From positions 192,001 through 256,000 of the forward strand of contig CAWCFX010000003.1 in NCBI GenBank assembly GCA_963795085.1: a stretch of DNA of 64,000 bases, in the 5' to 3' direction. Made by a program: the position numbers and the translations under genes. The notes under the pieces were generated by a model. The model was not told where the DNA came from and ran no database searches. It saw only the letters and a list, made by a program, of their open reading frames with translations. The stretch is from an uncultured Gemmatimonadales bacterium. Its GTDB lineage: Bacteria; Gemmatimonadota; Gemmatimonadetes; Gemmatimonadales; GWC2-71-9. Shown here one piece after another: positions 1 through 9,193 of the stretch (positions within the stretch are counted from its first letter, which is position 1; each line of letters begins with the position of its first letter).

Positions 1-1187
1 TTCCGCTCGAACCGGTTGAGCAGACGCCGGATGCCCCCTGAACTGACCTGGTTGCCCAGGTGGTTGGCCGCCACGTCCTCCAGGTGGTGGGCCTCGTCCA
101 GGACCAGCCGCTGGTAGGGCGGAAGGACGGCGGCTTCAGCCCAGTTGTCCTGGGCCATGCGCACCGAGAGATCGGCGGCGAGCAGGTGATGGTTCACCAC
201 CACGATGTCCGCCTCGGCGGCCTTGCGCCGGGCGCTGAAAAGAAAGCACCGGTTGAAGTGGCTGCACTTGACCCGGGTACAGAGGTCGGCCTCGGCGCTC
301 ACTTCGTCCCAGACCTCCGGCGAGGGCTGCACCGGCAGGTCGCTCAGGGTGCCGTCGGCGGTATGCCTGGACCAGCCGGCCAGCCCGTCCAGCTCGTCGT
401 AGTGCTTCGGCTCCAGCAACGAGCGTTGGCCCAGGAGCGCCTGTTCCATCCGGGAGAGGCAGAGATAGTTGCGCCACCCCTTGAGCAGCGCGAAGGTCGG
501 CGTATGGTCCTCGGTCGCCAGGGCGTCCCGCAGCATGGGCAGGTCCTTGGCGAAAAGCTGTTCCTGCAGGTTGATGGTGTTGGTGCTGACGACGGTGCGC
601 TCGCCGTTGGCGCGGGCCCAGGCCAGCGCCGGCACCAGATAGGCGAACGACTTTCCCACGCCCGTGCCCGCCTCCAGCAGCACCACCCCACCGTCATTGT
701 AGGCATCGCTGATGTAGGCCGCCATGTCCCGCTGGCTGGGCCGGTCTTCGTAGGCGCCCAGGATGCGGGCCACCGGGCCGTGCTCGCCCAGCGTGGCGAC
801 CACGTCCAGCGGGTCCAGCGGAACGACCCGGCGACTCCGCGGTATCTCAACCACGACATAGAGCGATGTCGCGTCGTTGTTGATGATGCCGAACCCGATA
901 CCACCATCGTGCACGGTCGCCGCCACGTGGAGGTCGGCGGTGGAAGGGTCCAGCCGGCCGCTGGGATGGTTGTGCAGCAGCATCTCGCCCCGCTGGGCCA
1001 CGCCTGGCAGGGCGAGGACCATGTCCACGGTGCCGCGGGCCACCGTGCGAGCCCCGGTGATACAGCCCGCGTCGTCCACCTGGGCCACAAAGGACACTTC
1101 ACGGCCGCCGGCCGCCGCAATCTCCCCCGCCAGGTGCAACTGTACGGAAGGAGTGATCCGGTGGAGCTGAACGGCGGGATCGGTCAC
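1..1187 (-). CDS. JAB/MPN (RadC-like) domain fused to DinG/YoaA-family Fe-S helicase; runs off the window start
   Basis: Not in the ORF track; translated by hand from GTG at 1187. Shows GGREV...HNHPSG...PSTAD (JAB), Q motif EDRPSQ, Walker A EAGTGVGKS, YLC plus CTRVKCSHFNRC (Fe-S ligands), VVVNHHLL and DEAH. Confidence 0.9.
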   Translation of the reverse strand, partial: MTDPAVQLHRITPSVQLHLAGEIAAAGGREVSFVAQVDDAGCITGARTVARGTVDMVLALPGVAQRGEMLLHNHPSGRLDPSTADLHVAATVHDGGIGFGIINNDATSLYVVVEIPRSRRVVPLDPLDVVATLGEHGPVARILGAYEDRPSQRDMAAYISDAYNDGGVVLLEAGTGVGKSFAYLVPALAWARANGERTVVSTNTINLQEQLFAKDLPMLRDALATEDHTPTFALLKGWRNYLCLSRMEQALLGQRSLLEPKHYDELDGLAGWSRHTADGTLSDLPVQPSPEVWDEVSAEADLCTRVKCSHFNRCFLFSARRKAAEADIVVVNHHLLAADLSVRMAQDNWAEAAVLPPYQRLVLDEAHHLEDVAANHLGNQVSSGGIRRLLNRFER

Positions 1188-1210
1188 GAGGTAACCAGCA
1201 GGAATTCCAT
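1184..1210 (-). CDS. Putative leaderless 8-aa uORF (MEFLLVTS) whose stop overlaps the helicase start (GTGA)
   Basis: TAGATT -10-like hexamer (1217-1222), 6 nt, then ATG at 1210; TGA at 1184-1186 overlaps GTG at 1185-1187. Confidence 0.35.
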   Translation of the reverse strand: MEFLLVTS

Positions 1211-1243
1211 GGGGGAAATCTAATCGAACGGCGCCGGATGCCC

Positions 1244-2542
1244 CTAGGTCTTGAGCTCGCGTTTTTTTGCCGCCGGGAAGAGCACGTTGTTCAGGATCAG
1301 CCGGTAGCCCGGCGAATGCGGGTGCAGGGAGAGATCGGTCGGCGGATCGCCGATCTGGTGCTGCGGGTCCTCAGGATCGTGCCCGCCAAAGAAGGTCCAG
1401 GTCCCCTGCCCCCGGTCGCCATGGATGTACTTCACCCACTCGGACCCCGGCTCATCCGCCAGCACCGTGACGCCGGGCTTGAGGGTCCGCCGGGTAAACG
1501 AGGTGGTCAGCCCGAAGAAATCGGGGATCACCTCGCGGTGGCTCTGCACCAGCATGGTGGGAACCGGGTCGATCTTGGCGCTGAAGTTGAACAGCTTGAA
1601 ACTGCCCAGCGGCTGCCGCCGGTCGGGCGAGTTGACCTGGTGCCCGTCAATGTCGGAGAACTGGGAGATGGACGCACTCTGATAGAGGTTCGCGCCCTGG
1701 AAGGCAAAGGCGCGGTCCCAGTTCATCTTGCTGTTGGCGTTGGGATCCATCGGCGAGTTGTCCGCGTACTGGGCCGCGATGTCCACGCCTTCGCTGGCCA
1801 GGGCCAGGTCGAGGGTCTCGGTCGCCGTGCACATGGCGAAGAGGAACCCGCCCCGCTCCACGTAGGCCGCAATGGCCTGGGCGACCGCCCGCTTCTCCGC
1901 GGGCACGTGGGGATAGCCCAGGGACTGCGCCATCCGGCTGTTGCGGTCCACCATTTCCACCAGCCAGGGCGTCCCGGCGTAATTGATGAAAAACTTGGAA
2001 TACTGTCCGGTAAAATCCTCGTGGTGCAGGTGCAGCCAGTCGTACTGGCGAAGCCCGTCGCCCAGGACGTCCGGGTCCCAGATCTTCTCAAAATTGATCC
2101 CGGCATACTGCAACGCCATCGTCACCGCGTCATCCCAGGGGGCCGCGTTGGGTGGCGAGTAGATGGCCACTTTGGGCGCCTTCTCCAGCGGCACCGCGTC
2201 CATGTTGCCGTCCTGGATCTCGGCCTTGATCGCTGCCACGGTGCCGTCATCCACCGGCTGGGCGGTGACACCGGCCAGGGCCGCGTCGCGGGCGGTGCCG
2301 CTGTCTCCCGGGACCAGGAAAGAGCCGCCCCGGTAGTTGAGAAACCACTCCGCCTTGCCGCCCCGCTCCAGCAGCCGGAACGTCACCCCGTAGGCCTTCA
2401 GGTGATCGCCCTGCGACTCGTCCATGGGGATAAGCAGCCATGGCGCGGCGGAACCCCGACGGGCGGCGGACGCCCAGGGCCCGGCGGCGGATGCCGCCAC
2501 CAGGCTCGATCCGGTGTACCGGAGAAAATCGCGGCGCTTCAT
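1244..2542 (-). CDS. Tat-exported class I glutamine-amidotransferase-like fold protein (family often labelled 'asparagine synthetase B')
   Basis: N-terminal KRRDFLR twin-arginine signal; WLHLHHEDFTGQ, GGFLFAMCTA, GGHDPED and YRLILNN motifs. Confidence 0.75.
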   Translation of the reverse strand: MKRRDFLRYTGSSLVAASAAGPWASAARRGSAAPWLLIPMDESQGDHLKAYGVTFRLLERGGKAEWFLNYRGGSFLVPGDSGTARDAALAGVTAQPVDDGTVAAIKAEIQDGNMDAVPLEKAPKVAIYSPPNAAPWDDAVTMALQYAGINFEKIWDPDVLGDGLRQYDWLHLHHEDFTGQYSKFFINYAGTPWLVEMVDRNSRMAQSLGYPHVPAEKRAVAQAIAAYVERGGFLFAMCTATETLDLALASEGVDIAAQYADNSPMDPNANSKMNWDRAFAFQGANLYQSASISQFSDIDGHQVNSPDRRQPLGSFKLFNFSAKIDPVPTMLVQSHREVIPDFFGLTTSFTRRTLKPGVTVLADEPGSEWVKYIHGDRGQGTWTFFGGHDPEDPQHQIGDPPTDLSLHPHSPGYRLILNNVLFPAAKKRELKT

Positions 2543-4284
2543 GTGCGGGGCACCGCTCCCCGGATCTCGTCGAGGAGCCGCCGTGCCTGCGGCGTCACGG
2601 CGCTCTCCGGGTATTCGAGGATGACCTGCTCCAGCAGGGTGACGCTTTGTTCATTCTTGCCGGAGTCGGCCAGCAGCCGGGCCAGGTCGAGCAGGGCGGC
2701 GGGTGTCGTGGGGCGGGCGCCACCGGCGATCGCGGCGCGGAAGGAACGCTCCGCTTCCACCGTCTGTCCCCGGGCCCGCTGCAGCCGCCCCACCAGCAGC
2801 TTCAGCTCCGCTCCACCGGCCTCCGGCGCCAGCCGGTCCGCCAGCTGGTCGAGCCCGCTGATCGCTTTCGCGCTGTCCCTCCGCTCCAGGTCGAGCAGCG
2901 CCGCGCCCAGCGACGGCAGGCTGTCCGCCTCGATGGGTTGCAGCAGTGCCAGGAGCGCGGTCCGGCTGGTCGATTCATCCCGGCCGCCGGCGAAGGGTCC
3001 CGCCGAGCGCAGCAGCGTGTTGGCGGCGACGAGGTCGCCGCGAAAGAGCTTGAGCCGGCCGGCGATATCGAGTCCCTCCACTGTGCTGTCGGCGGCGATG
3101 ACCTGGTCCGCGCGATCCAGGTCCCCGGCCCGCGCCCAGCCCACCGCCAGTTTTCGCACCAGCGCCTGGTATTGCTCGGCCGGCATCGCGTCCCGGTGCT
3201 GGGCCAGCTCGCGGGAGGCCTGCTCGACCTTGCCCTCCTCCAGCAGGACCGTCACCAGCGTGCCGCCCGCATCGGCAGCCACCCCGCGGGGGGCGTCGGG
3301 ATCCGCGGCCAGCGCGCTCAGCATGCGGTGGGCAGAGGTACCATCCCCGGCCTCCGCATAGACGCGGGCCGCGTCCAGCCGAAATCTCGATGCCTGCTGC
3401 CCGCCCGTGCGGGTGGCCATGGCCTCGTAAGCCAGACCCTGGGCTTGCCGGGCCTCGCGGGTGGCCAACGGCTGTATCACGTCCAGGAAATGCCGGAGGA
3501 TATCGATCGCCTGCGGGTTGGACGCCGGGAGCGCGGCGGACAGGGTGCGAAACCCGGCGACCGGCTGGCCCCACCGCGCTTCCAGCGAGCCCTGCAGCTG
3601 GCGGGCTTCGCTGCTGCCTTCCTTGGCGAGCTCCCGGAGGATTGAGGGTCGGTTGCGTTCCCCGGCGGCGCTCATCACGTTGACCGCATTCGACCGGTAC
3701 CCGGGAGACCGGCGAACCGCGGCGGACCATTCGCGGGCCGCGGAAGCAAAGTCTTCCTCCAGCATCGCCACCTGCGCCACCTCGGCGGCGAGCGCCTCCG
3801 GCTGCCCCAGCCGGTCCCGGGCCAACTGATAGGTACGGCGGGCCTCCTGCCGGTCCCGCCGGGAGAGCGCGAGGTTCGCCCATTCCCGATAGGGTGCTTC
3901 GTCGTTGGGCTGAATGACAACCCAGAGGTCCAGCGCTTTCCGGGCGCTGTCGGGCCGGTTCTGGGCGGCCCACGCGCGAAGCGCCACGCTATAGACCGCG
4001 CCCGACGTGGGCCGGGCATCGAGCGCCGCCTGGACCTGCGGAATGATCTCGCCGGCCCGGTTGAGCGCGGTGAGGGCGCGCTCCAGTCCCAGCAGCGCGC
4101 CCGGGTCGGCCGGCCGCTCGGCCAGCACAGCGCGGTAAGCATCCGCGGCACCGGCGTAATTGCCCCGGCGCTCCATGTCGAAGGCACGGGTAATCTGGTC
4201 CTGCTGGGCCGCCAGGGGCGCTGCCAAGACCAGGGCCAGCAGGGCCAGCAGCGGAGCGCGTGACCCCTTCCGTCGCATCACCAT
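2539..4284 (-). CDS. Secreted tetratricopeptide repeat protein
   Basis: Start placed at MVMRRKG (4284), 1 nt after the upstream stop; signal peptide ending PLAA-QQ; TPR-like helices; C-terminal LEQVILEYPES TPR. Confidence 0.8.
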   Translation of the reverse strand: MVMRRKGSRAPLLALLALVLAAPLAAQQDQITRAFDMERRGNYAGAADAYRAVLAERPADPGALLGLERALTALNRAGEIIPQVQAALDARPTSGAVYSVALRAWAAQNRPDSARKALDLWVVIQPNDEAPYREWANLALSRRDRQEARRTYQLARDRLGQPEALAAEVAQVAMLEEDFASAAREWSAAVRRSPGYRSNAVNVMSAAGERNRPSILRELAKEGSSEARQLQGSLEARWGQPVAGFRTLSAALPASNPQAIDILRHFLDVIQPLATREARQAQGLAYEAMATRTGGQQASRFRLDAARVYAEAGDGTSAHRMLSALAADPDAPRGVAADAGGTLVTVLLEEGKVEQASRELAQHRDAMPAEQYQALVRKLAVGWARAGDLDRADQVIAADSTVEGLDIAGRLKLFRGDLVAANTLLRSAGPFAGGRDESTSRTALLALLQPIEADSLPSLGAALLDLERRDSAKAISGLDQLADRLAPEAGGAELKLLVGRLQRARGQTVEAERSFRAAIAGGARPTTPAALLDLARLLADSGKNEQSVTLLEQVILEYPESAVTPQARRLLDEIRGAVPRT

Positions 4285-4285
4285 G

Positions 4286-7200
4286 TCAGTCCTGGCCCTG
4301 GGATAGTCGCTTGAAATACTCGACCACCAGCCGCCGTTCCTCGGGCGAGAGCTGCTGGAGGGTTTCCCAGTCGGGCATCCGCACCCGGCTGTCGTCGCCC
4401 AGCAGCCGGGTGCGGAGCGCCGGCGGAAGGTGGATGCTGTCCGCGGTGGGCGAGCTGCTCTGGCGCTCCTTGTTTTCGTCCTGCTCCTGGCCCTGCAGGG
4501 TCCGGCCGGCATCGAGCATCCGCCGGAAGAGCCGCTCCTGCCGCTCGACCGTTTCGCGGTCGAGCCGCCCCGATTCGAGCCGGCGGGCCAGGTCCCGCGC
4601 TTCCTGCGCCAGCGCCTCAGCGCCGGGGCTGTTGCCGGCGGCGCGCATCCGCTCCAGTTGCTCCGCCATGGCACGCTGCTGGGACGCCAACTGGCGGATC
4701 TGCTGCTGCATCCCGCTGTTGCCCGCCATCGGCAGCATGCCGGCGGACTGCTGGCTCATCTGGCCCTGCTGGCCGGCCATCTGCTGCATCTGCTCCATCG
4801 CCTCCTGCAGGCCCGACCCGGACCCCGCACCGGACACCTGCGCCCGGCTCCGCACCAGCTGATATGCGGCCGCGTTGAGCGCATCCACCGCCTGCCCCGC
4901 GGCATCGGCGGCGTCCCGCGTGTTGGGCGATCCGCTCGCCACCGATTGCCGGGCCCGCTGCATCTGCCGCGCGGCCACCGACAGGCTTACCGCGATCTGG
5001 GGGGAAACCAGCGCGTTCTTTCCGGAGGCTCCCTGCATCTGCTCCAGCAGCTTCTGCACGCCTTCCTCGAGCGCGCCCTGCTCGCTGCGGGCCGACGCGG
5101 ACGCATCGCCCCGCCGGAAATTCTCGGCCAGCCTCAACTGGCGCTCGGTGAGCCGGGTCGTTTCGGTCATGGCGCGGTCCATCGCCGCCGTCACCTCCTG
5201 CCGCCACTCTTCCTGCATCTCCTGGCGCTGCTGCTGCAACTGTTCGCCAAGCGGGCTCAGGGTCTCCGCCGCCTGCTGGCCCTGCTGCTTGGCCTGCCGG
5301 CGCTGGCCCTGCTTCGCCGACTGGCCGGCCTGCTGCATCTGCTGCGCCGCCTGCCGGGCACGGTCGGCGGCGGCTTCCATGGCATCCCGCCGGTCAGGAT
5401 CCACCTCTCCGGCCAGCCGGTCCAGTTCGGCCGCAAGCGAGTCCGTGCGTGCAGCCAGTTCCTGTTCCGCCGCCGCTGACTTCGCCGGATCCGATTGCTC
5501 GGCTTCCCGGGCCCATTGCTCCTGCTCTTTCGCAATCTCGTCCGATTCGGCGGCCAGGTTGGCCATGTCACCCTCGATCGCCGCCCGCTGGAAGAGGTCC
5601 CGGGCGCGTTCCAGCGCCTCCCGAAGCTGCTGCTGCGCCTCGGCCAGTTGCTGCAAGGCCTCCTTGGCGCGCTCCGGATCCAGCGCGGTAAGGGCCCGCT
5701 GCAGCTCGGCCAAACGTTCTTTCAATTCCGGGGAGAGCGCCCGCTCGAGTTGCTCCTGGATTTCCTTGAGCCGTTCCTGCCAGGCCGGATCGTTGAGACC
5801 GGCCGCCTCGGCGCTCCGCCGCAAATCCTCCAGCGCCTGCTTGAGCGCTTCCGCGCGGTTGAGCATCTCGCTCTGCGCTTCCGCCACCGCCTCGGCGCGC
5901 TTGGCGGATTCGTAGGACATCATCTCGTCGGACTGGCTCCGGTTCTGCCCGCTCGCCGGCCGCTCCCGCTCCCGGGAAAGATCCTCGGTAGCCCGTTCCA
6001 GCCGGCGGCTGTCCGCGGCAAGCGAATCCAGCCGTCCTCCCACGTCGTCGGACGCTTCCCGTGCCGCTGCCCGGACCTCGGCTAAAGTGGCCAGGCGCAG
6101 GACGTATTCCCGGGAGCGGCCCGACTGTCCCACCGGGGAGTTATCCCGCACGCGAACGAAGTAGCGCAGGGTATCGCCGGGAAGCAGGCCCCGCTGGTTA
6201 AAGTCGAAATCGAAGCCGAGAATGGCCCGGTCGGGGCGGGTAGCGGGCAACGACACCGCTTCACGGCGGGGTGGATCAGCCACGCCGAGGCGGCTGACCC
6301 GGCGGCTTTCCAGCTCGACCTCCACCAGCCCGTAATCATCCTGCGCTTCGATGACCAGGGGCAGTCTCAGGCTGAGCGGCGCGATGGTGTCCACGCCGGG
6401 AACAGGAATGGAAACGGTAGGGGCGCTGTCCGGAACAATACGGATCGGCAGAAACACCGTGTCGCCGGCCAGCGGCGCACCGGTCTGGGTAACCAGTTCC
6501 AGCCGGTACTGGCCGGAGGCAACCGGCGTGAACCGGCCCCCAAACCCGGGCCCGTCCACCTCCAGTTGAGCCCGGCCGCCGCTCCAGGTCCACCCGCCGG
6601 ATGCCAGGTCGGCGGTGGCCGCGCCGTCGGTCTGGAGCCGGGTTCCCGCGGGCAGCAGGAGCGTATCGCCGCTGACCGGCACCGGCTCATCCTCGAGTCC
6701 GAGATAGCGCGGATACTGGGCCGTCACGGTCAGGCTGCCCAGGAAAGCCGGAATCCGGACCCGGACCTGGATCGTGTCCGAGGCGCGGCCACCGCTGGTG
6801 AGCCGGGCAAACAGGTCGGTGCGGAGCGGGCCGATGGATTCGGTCGCCCGTCCGGTCGAATCGAGCCGGACCAGTTGATTGCGCCACGGCTCGCCGGGCC
6901 CGCGCAGCCAGAGGGTGGCCTCGTTTCGGCCGACGGCCTTGAGGTGCAGTGCGACGTTCTCGCCCCGGTCCACCGCCGCGCGCTCCGCGCTGAGGGTGAC
7001 CGGAGCCCGCGTCGCTTCCCACGCGGCCCCCGGGTGCCAGAGCGCCGACGCGGGTCCCCGGACCGGACCAGCCGTCAGGAAGACGACCAGGCCGAATGCG
7101 GTGACCACGCCTCCCTGGAGCGCCCGGCCCTTGAGCCGCCGCGTCACCGGGTCGAGCGCCGAAGCGCCGCTGGCCCGGATGTCATCGGCGCGGGCGAAAT

Positions 7201-7558
7201 CGGCGGCCGCGAAGAGGGTGGCGCTGGTGCCGGCCGCCGCCTGGTCCAGCAACGAGGTGATCGAGCCTCGTCTCCAGCGGCCGCCTTCTTCCAGCCGGTC
7301 TGCCGCCCATCCCGGCGTCAGGGAAGCGGCGGCCCGGCGGCCCACCCCCGCCAGCAGGAACGCCGCCGCGAGCGCGGCGCCCCAGGCAACCAGCACCCAC
7401 GACGGCGCATCAAACCAACCCAGCCGCGCCGACCAGGCGAGCAGGCCGAGGACGAGCGCAAAGGCGCCGACGCCGAGTCCGGTCCACGCGAGCAGGTTGA
7501 GCCCGCGCAGCGGGCGTACCAGTGCCCGCACGGCCTGGTCCGTGGGACGCGGATTCAT
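4286..7558 (-). CDS. DUF4175-like membrane protein (N-terminal TMs, beta-rich domains, Q/E/A-rich coiled coil)
   Basis: AQDDYGL and LLPGDTLRYFVRVRDN motifs; long Gln-rich helical region; C-terminal VVEYFKRL. Confidence 0.75.
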   Translation of the reverse strand: MNPRPTDQAVRALVRPLRGLNLLAWTGLGVGAFALVLGLLAWSARLGWFDAPSWVLVAWGAALAAAFLLAGVGRRAAASLTPGWAADRLEEGGRWRRGSITSLLDQAAAGTSATLFAAADFARADDIRASGASALDPVTRRLKGRALQGGVVTAFGLVVFLTAGPVRGPASALWHPGAAWEATRAPVTLSAERAAVDRGENVALHLKAVGRNEATLWLRGPGEPWRNQLVRLDSTGRATESIGPLRTDLFARLTSGGRASDTIQVRVRIPAFLGSLTVTAQYPRYLGLEDEPVPVSGDTLLLPAGTRLQTDGAATADLASGGWTWSGGRAQLEVDGPGFGGRFTPVASGQYRLELVTQTGAPLAGDTVFLPIRIVPDSAPTVSIPVPGVDTIAPLSLRLPLVIEAQDDYGLVEVELESRRVSRLGVADPPRREAVSLPATRPDRAILGFDFDFNQRGLLPGDTLRYFVRVRDNSPVGQSGRSREYVLRLATLAEVRAAAREASDDVGGRLDSLAADSRRLERATEDLSRERERPASGQNRSQSDEMMSYESAKRAEAVAEAQSEMLNRAEALKQALEDLRRSAEAAGLNDPAWQERLKEIQEQLERALSPELKERLAELQRALTALDPERAKEALQQLAEAQQQLREALERARDLFQRAAIEGDMANLAAESDEIAKEQEQWAREAEQSDPAKSAAAEQELAARTDSLAAELDRLAGEVDPDRRDAMEAAADRARQAAQQMQQAGQSAKQGQRRQAKQQGQQAAETLSPLGEQLQQQRQEMQEEWRQEVTAAMDRAMTETTRLTERQLRLAENFRRGDASASARSEQGALEEGVQKLLEQMQGASGKNALVSPQIAVSLSVAARQMQRARQSVASGSPNTRDAADAAGQAVDALNAAAYQLVRSRAQVSGAGSGSGLQEAMEQMQQMAGQQGQMSQQSAGMLPMAGNSGMQQQIRQLASQQRAMAEQLERMRAAGNSPGAEALAQEARDLARRLESGRLDRETVERQERLFRRMLDAGRTLQGQEQDENKERQSSSPTADSIHLPPALRTRLLGDDSRVRMPDWETLQQLSPEERRLVVEYFKRLSQGQD

Positions 7559-8280
7559 CCGCCGTACCCGACGGCGTAGGCAAACAGGTTGACCCCCATG
7601 CGGAGCGCCGACTCACGCTTGTCGGGCGGGTCGTTATGAACCTCGGGATCCTCCCAGCCGTCGCCCAGGTCGGTTTCGAAGCTGTAGAACACCGCCAGCC
7701 GGCCTTCCAGGAAAATTCCCATGCCCCGGGCCGGCTTGCCATCGTGCTCGTGGACCTTGGGAATACCCTGGGGGAACGAGTACACCAGGCGATACACCGG
7801 GTGATCGCGCGGCACGTCGACCAGGGGCTGGTTGGGATAGAGCCGGGCCATCTCCCGTCGAAAGGACTCGTCCATGCCGAAGTTGTCATCGGCATGGAGG
7901 AACCCGCCCTGTTCCAGCCAGCGCCGCAGGGTAACCAGCTCGCGGTCGCTGAAGCGCACGTTGCCGTGGCCGGTCATGTACAGGTACGGGGTACTCCAGA
8001 GGTCCTCGGAGCCGAGGGTCACGACCCGTTCGGCGGCAGTCACCCGGAGCGATGTTCTGGCGTTGATTTCCTTCAGCAGGTTGGGGAGGCTGGATGGGTT
8101 GGCATACCAGTCGCCCCCCCCTTCGTAGTGGAGGCGGCCGATCGTCAGCGTAGGTGCGACCACCGACGGCGCGGCGACCGGAGCCAGGAGTGAGAGCGCG
8201 ATTGTGAAGAGGCCCCCACGGAGCATGGTTCCCCGCTGGAACACTCGGACCAGGGACTGGATGGGGCGACGGTTGCTCAT
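7555..8280 (-). CDS. DUF4159 domain protein
   Basis: GGGDWY, PYLYMTGHG, GGFLHADD, DLGDGWE and MGVNLFAYA motifs; start at 8280 (TATATT 6 nt upstream) or 8226. Confidence 0.85.
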   Translation of the reverse strand: MSNRRPIQSLVRVFQRGTMLRGGLFTIALSLLAPVAAPSVVAPTLTIGRLHYEGGGDWYANPSSLPNLLKEINARTSLRVTAAERVVTLGSEDLWSTPYLYMTGHGNVRFSDRELVTLRRWLEQGGFLHADDNFGMDESFRREMARLYPNQPLVDVPRDHPVYRLVYSFPQGIPKVHEHDGKPARGMGIFLEGRLAVFYSFETDLGDGWEDPEVHNDPPDKRESALRMGVNLFAYAVGYGG

Positions 8281-8346
8281 GTATTCAATATAGAAGGACA
8301 CCGACGGGTACCGCCCCACTACTGGGGGCCGGGGAGGAAGGTTTCT

Positions 8347-9180
8347 TCAGGCGGGGAGGTCCATGACCCTGCGATAAACATCATTGCGGGGGAGGCCTGA
8401 TTCCTTGACGATCTGCTGGATGACACCTTTCCTCGTCAAGCCGCCCGACAGCAGTTCGGTCGCGCGGGATTCGACATCTACCTCCGGCTCATCTTCAGGC
8501 GCGCCGTCGGCACCCGCCAGCACCACCGTGATCTCGCCCCGCGGTGGCTTCTGGGTGAAGTACTCCGCAAGCTCGGCCAGGGTGCCGTCCCGGATCTCCT
8601 CGTGCAGCTTGGTCAGTTCCCGGGCTACCACCGCGTGCCTCCCGGCACCCGCGGCGACAGCCAGGTCCAGCAGCAGGTCCACCAGCCGGCTGGGTGCCTC
8701 ATAAAACACCACGCTCCATTCTTCCCGCGCCGCCCGCGCCAGCGAGTGGGCCCGCGCCTTTCCCTTCCTCGGAATGAACCCGAGGAAGAGGTAACGGTCG
8801 GCTGGCAGGCCGGAAGCCGACAGCGCGGTGGTCACCGCGCTCAGGCCGGGGATCGGAACCACCGGGAATCCGAGCCGGCGCAACTCGCGGACCAGGCTGG
8901 CGCCCGGATCGCTGATCCCTGGTGTCCCGGCATCGGAGACCAGGGCAACATCGTGGCCCCGCTCCAGTTCCGCCACGATCGCGCGGGTCCGGCCTTCGGG
9001 CGAATGGGCGTGGAAGCTGATCAGCCGGGGATGGCCGTCGAGGTGGTTGAGCAGTTGCCGGGTCCGCCGGGTGTCTTCGGCGGCGACGATCGGCACCGTC
9101 CGCAGCAGGTCGGCGCCCCGGATCGTAAGATCGCCCAGGTTGCCGAGAGGCGTGGCGACCACATAGAGAGTACCCCGCAC
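8347..9180 (-). CDS. rsmI: 16S rRNA (cytidine1402-2'-O)-methyltransferase
   Basis: LYVVATPLGNLGD, AAEDTR, VSDAGTPGISDPG, RELTKLHEE. Confidence 0.96.
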   Translation of the reverse strand: MRGTLYVVATPLGNLGDLTIRGADLLRTVPIVAAEDTRRTRQLLNHLDGHPRLISFHAHSPEGRTRAIVAELERGHDVALVSDAGTPGISDPGASLVRELRRLGFPVVPIPGLSAVTTALSASGLPADRYLFLGFIPRKGKARAHSLARAAREEWSVVFYEAPSRLVDLLLDLAVAAGAGRHAVVARELTKLHEEIRDGTLAELAEYFTQKPPRGEITVVLAGADGAPEDEPEVDVESRATELLSGGLTRKGVIQQIVKESGLPRNDVYRRVMDLPA

Positions 9181-9193
9181 TACGGCCGCCCGC

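Noticed and set aside
1..1187. DinG as a type IV CRISPR (CasDinG) or defence-island component
   Set aside because: No cas genes, array or defence genes lie on the visible side and the context is housekeeping; the other flank is outside the window.
60..1223. 387-aa + strand ORF and the many other long overlapping ORFs (e.g. 1238-3361, 21129-23582, 35648-37399, 46516-48477)
   Set aside because: These are antisense or alternate-frame shadows of recognisable genes, expected in high-GC DNA, and carry no family motifs.
1244..2542. True asparagine synthetase B
   Set aside because: It has no N-terminal Cys Ntn domain or SGGLDS motif, and it carries a Tat export signal.
4286..5950. CTG/CAG-rich quasi-repeats
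   Set aside because: They are explained by the Gln/Ala/Glu-rich coiled-coil coding of the DUF4175-like protein.
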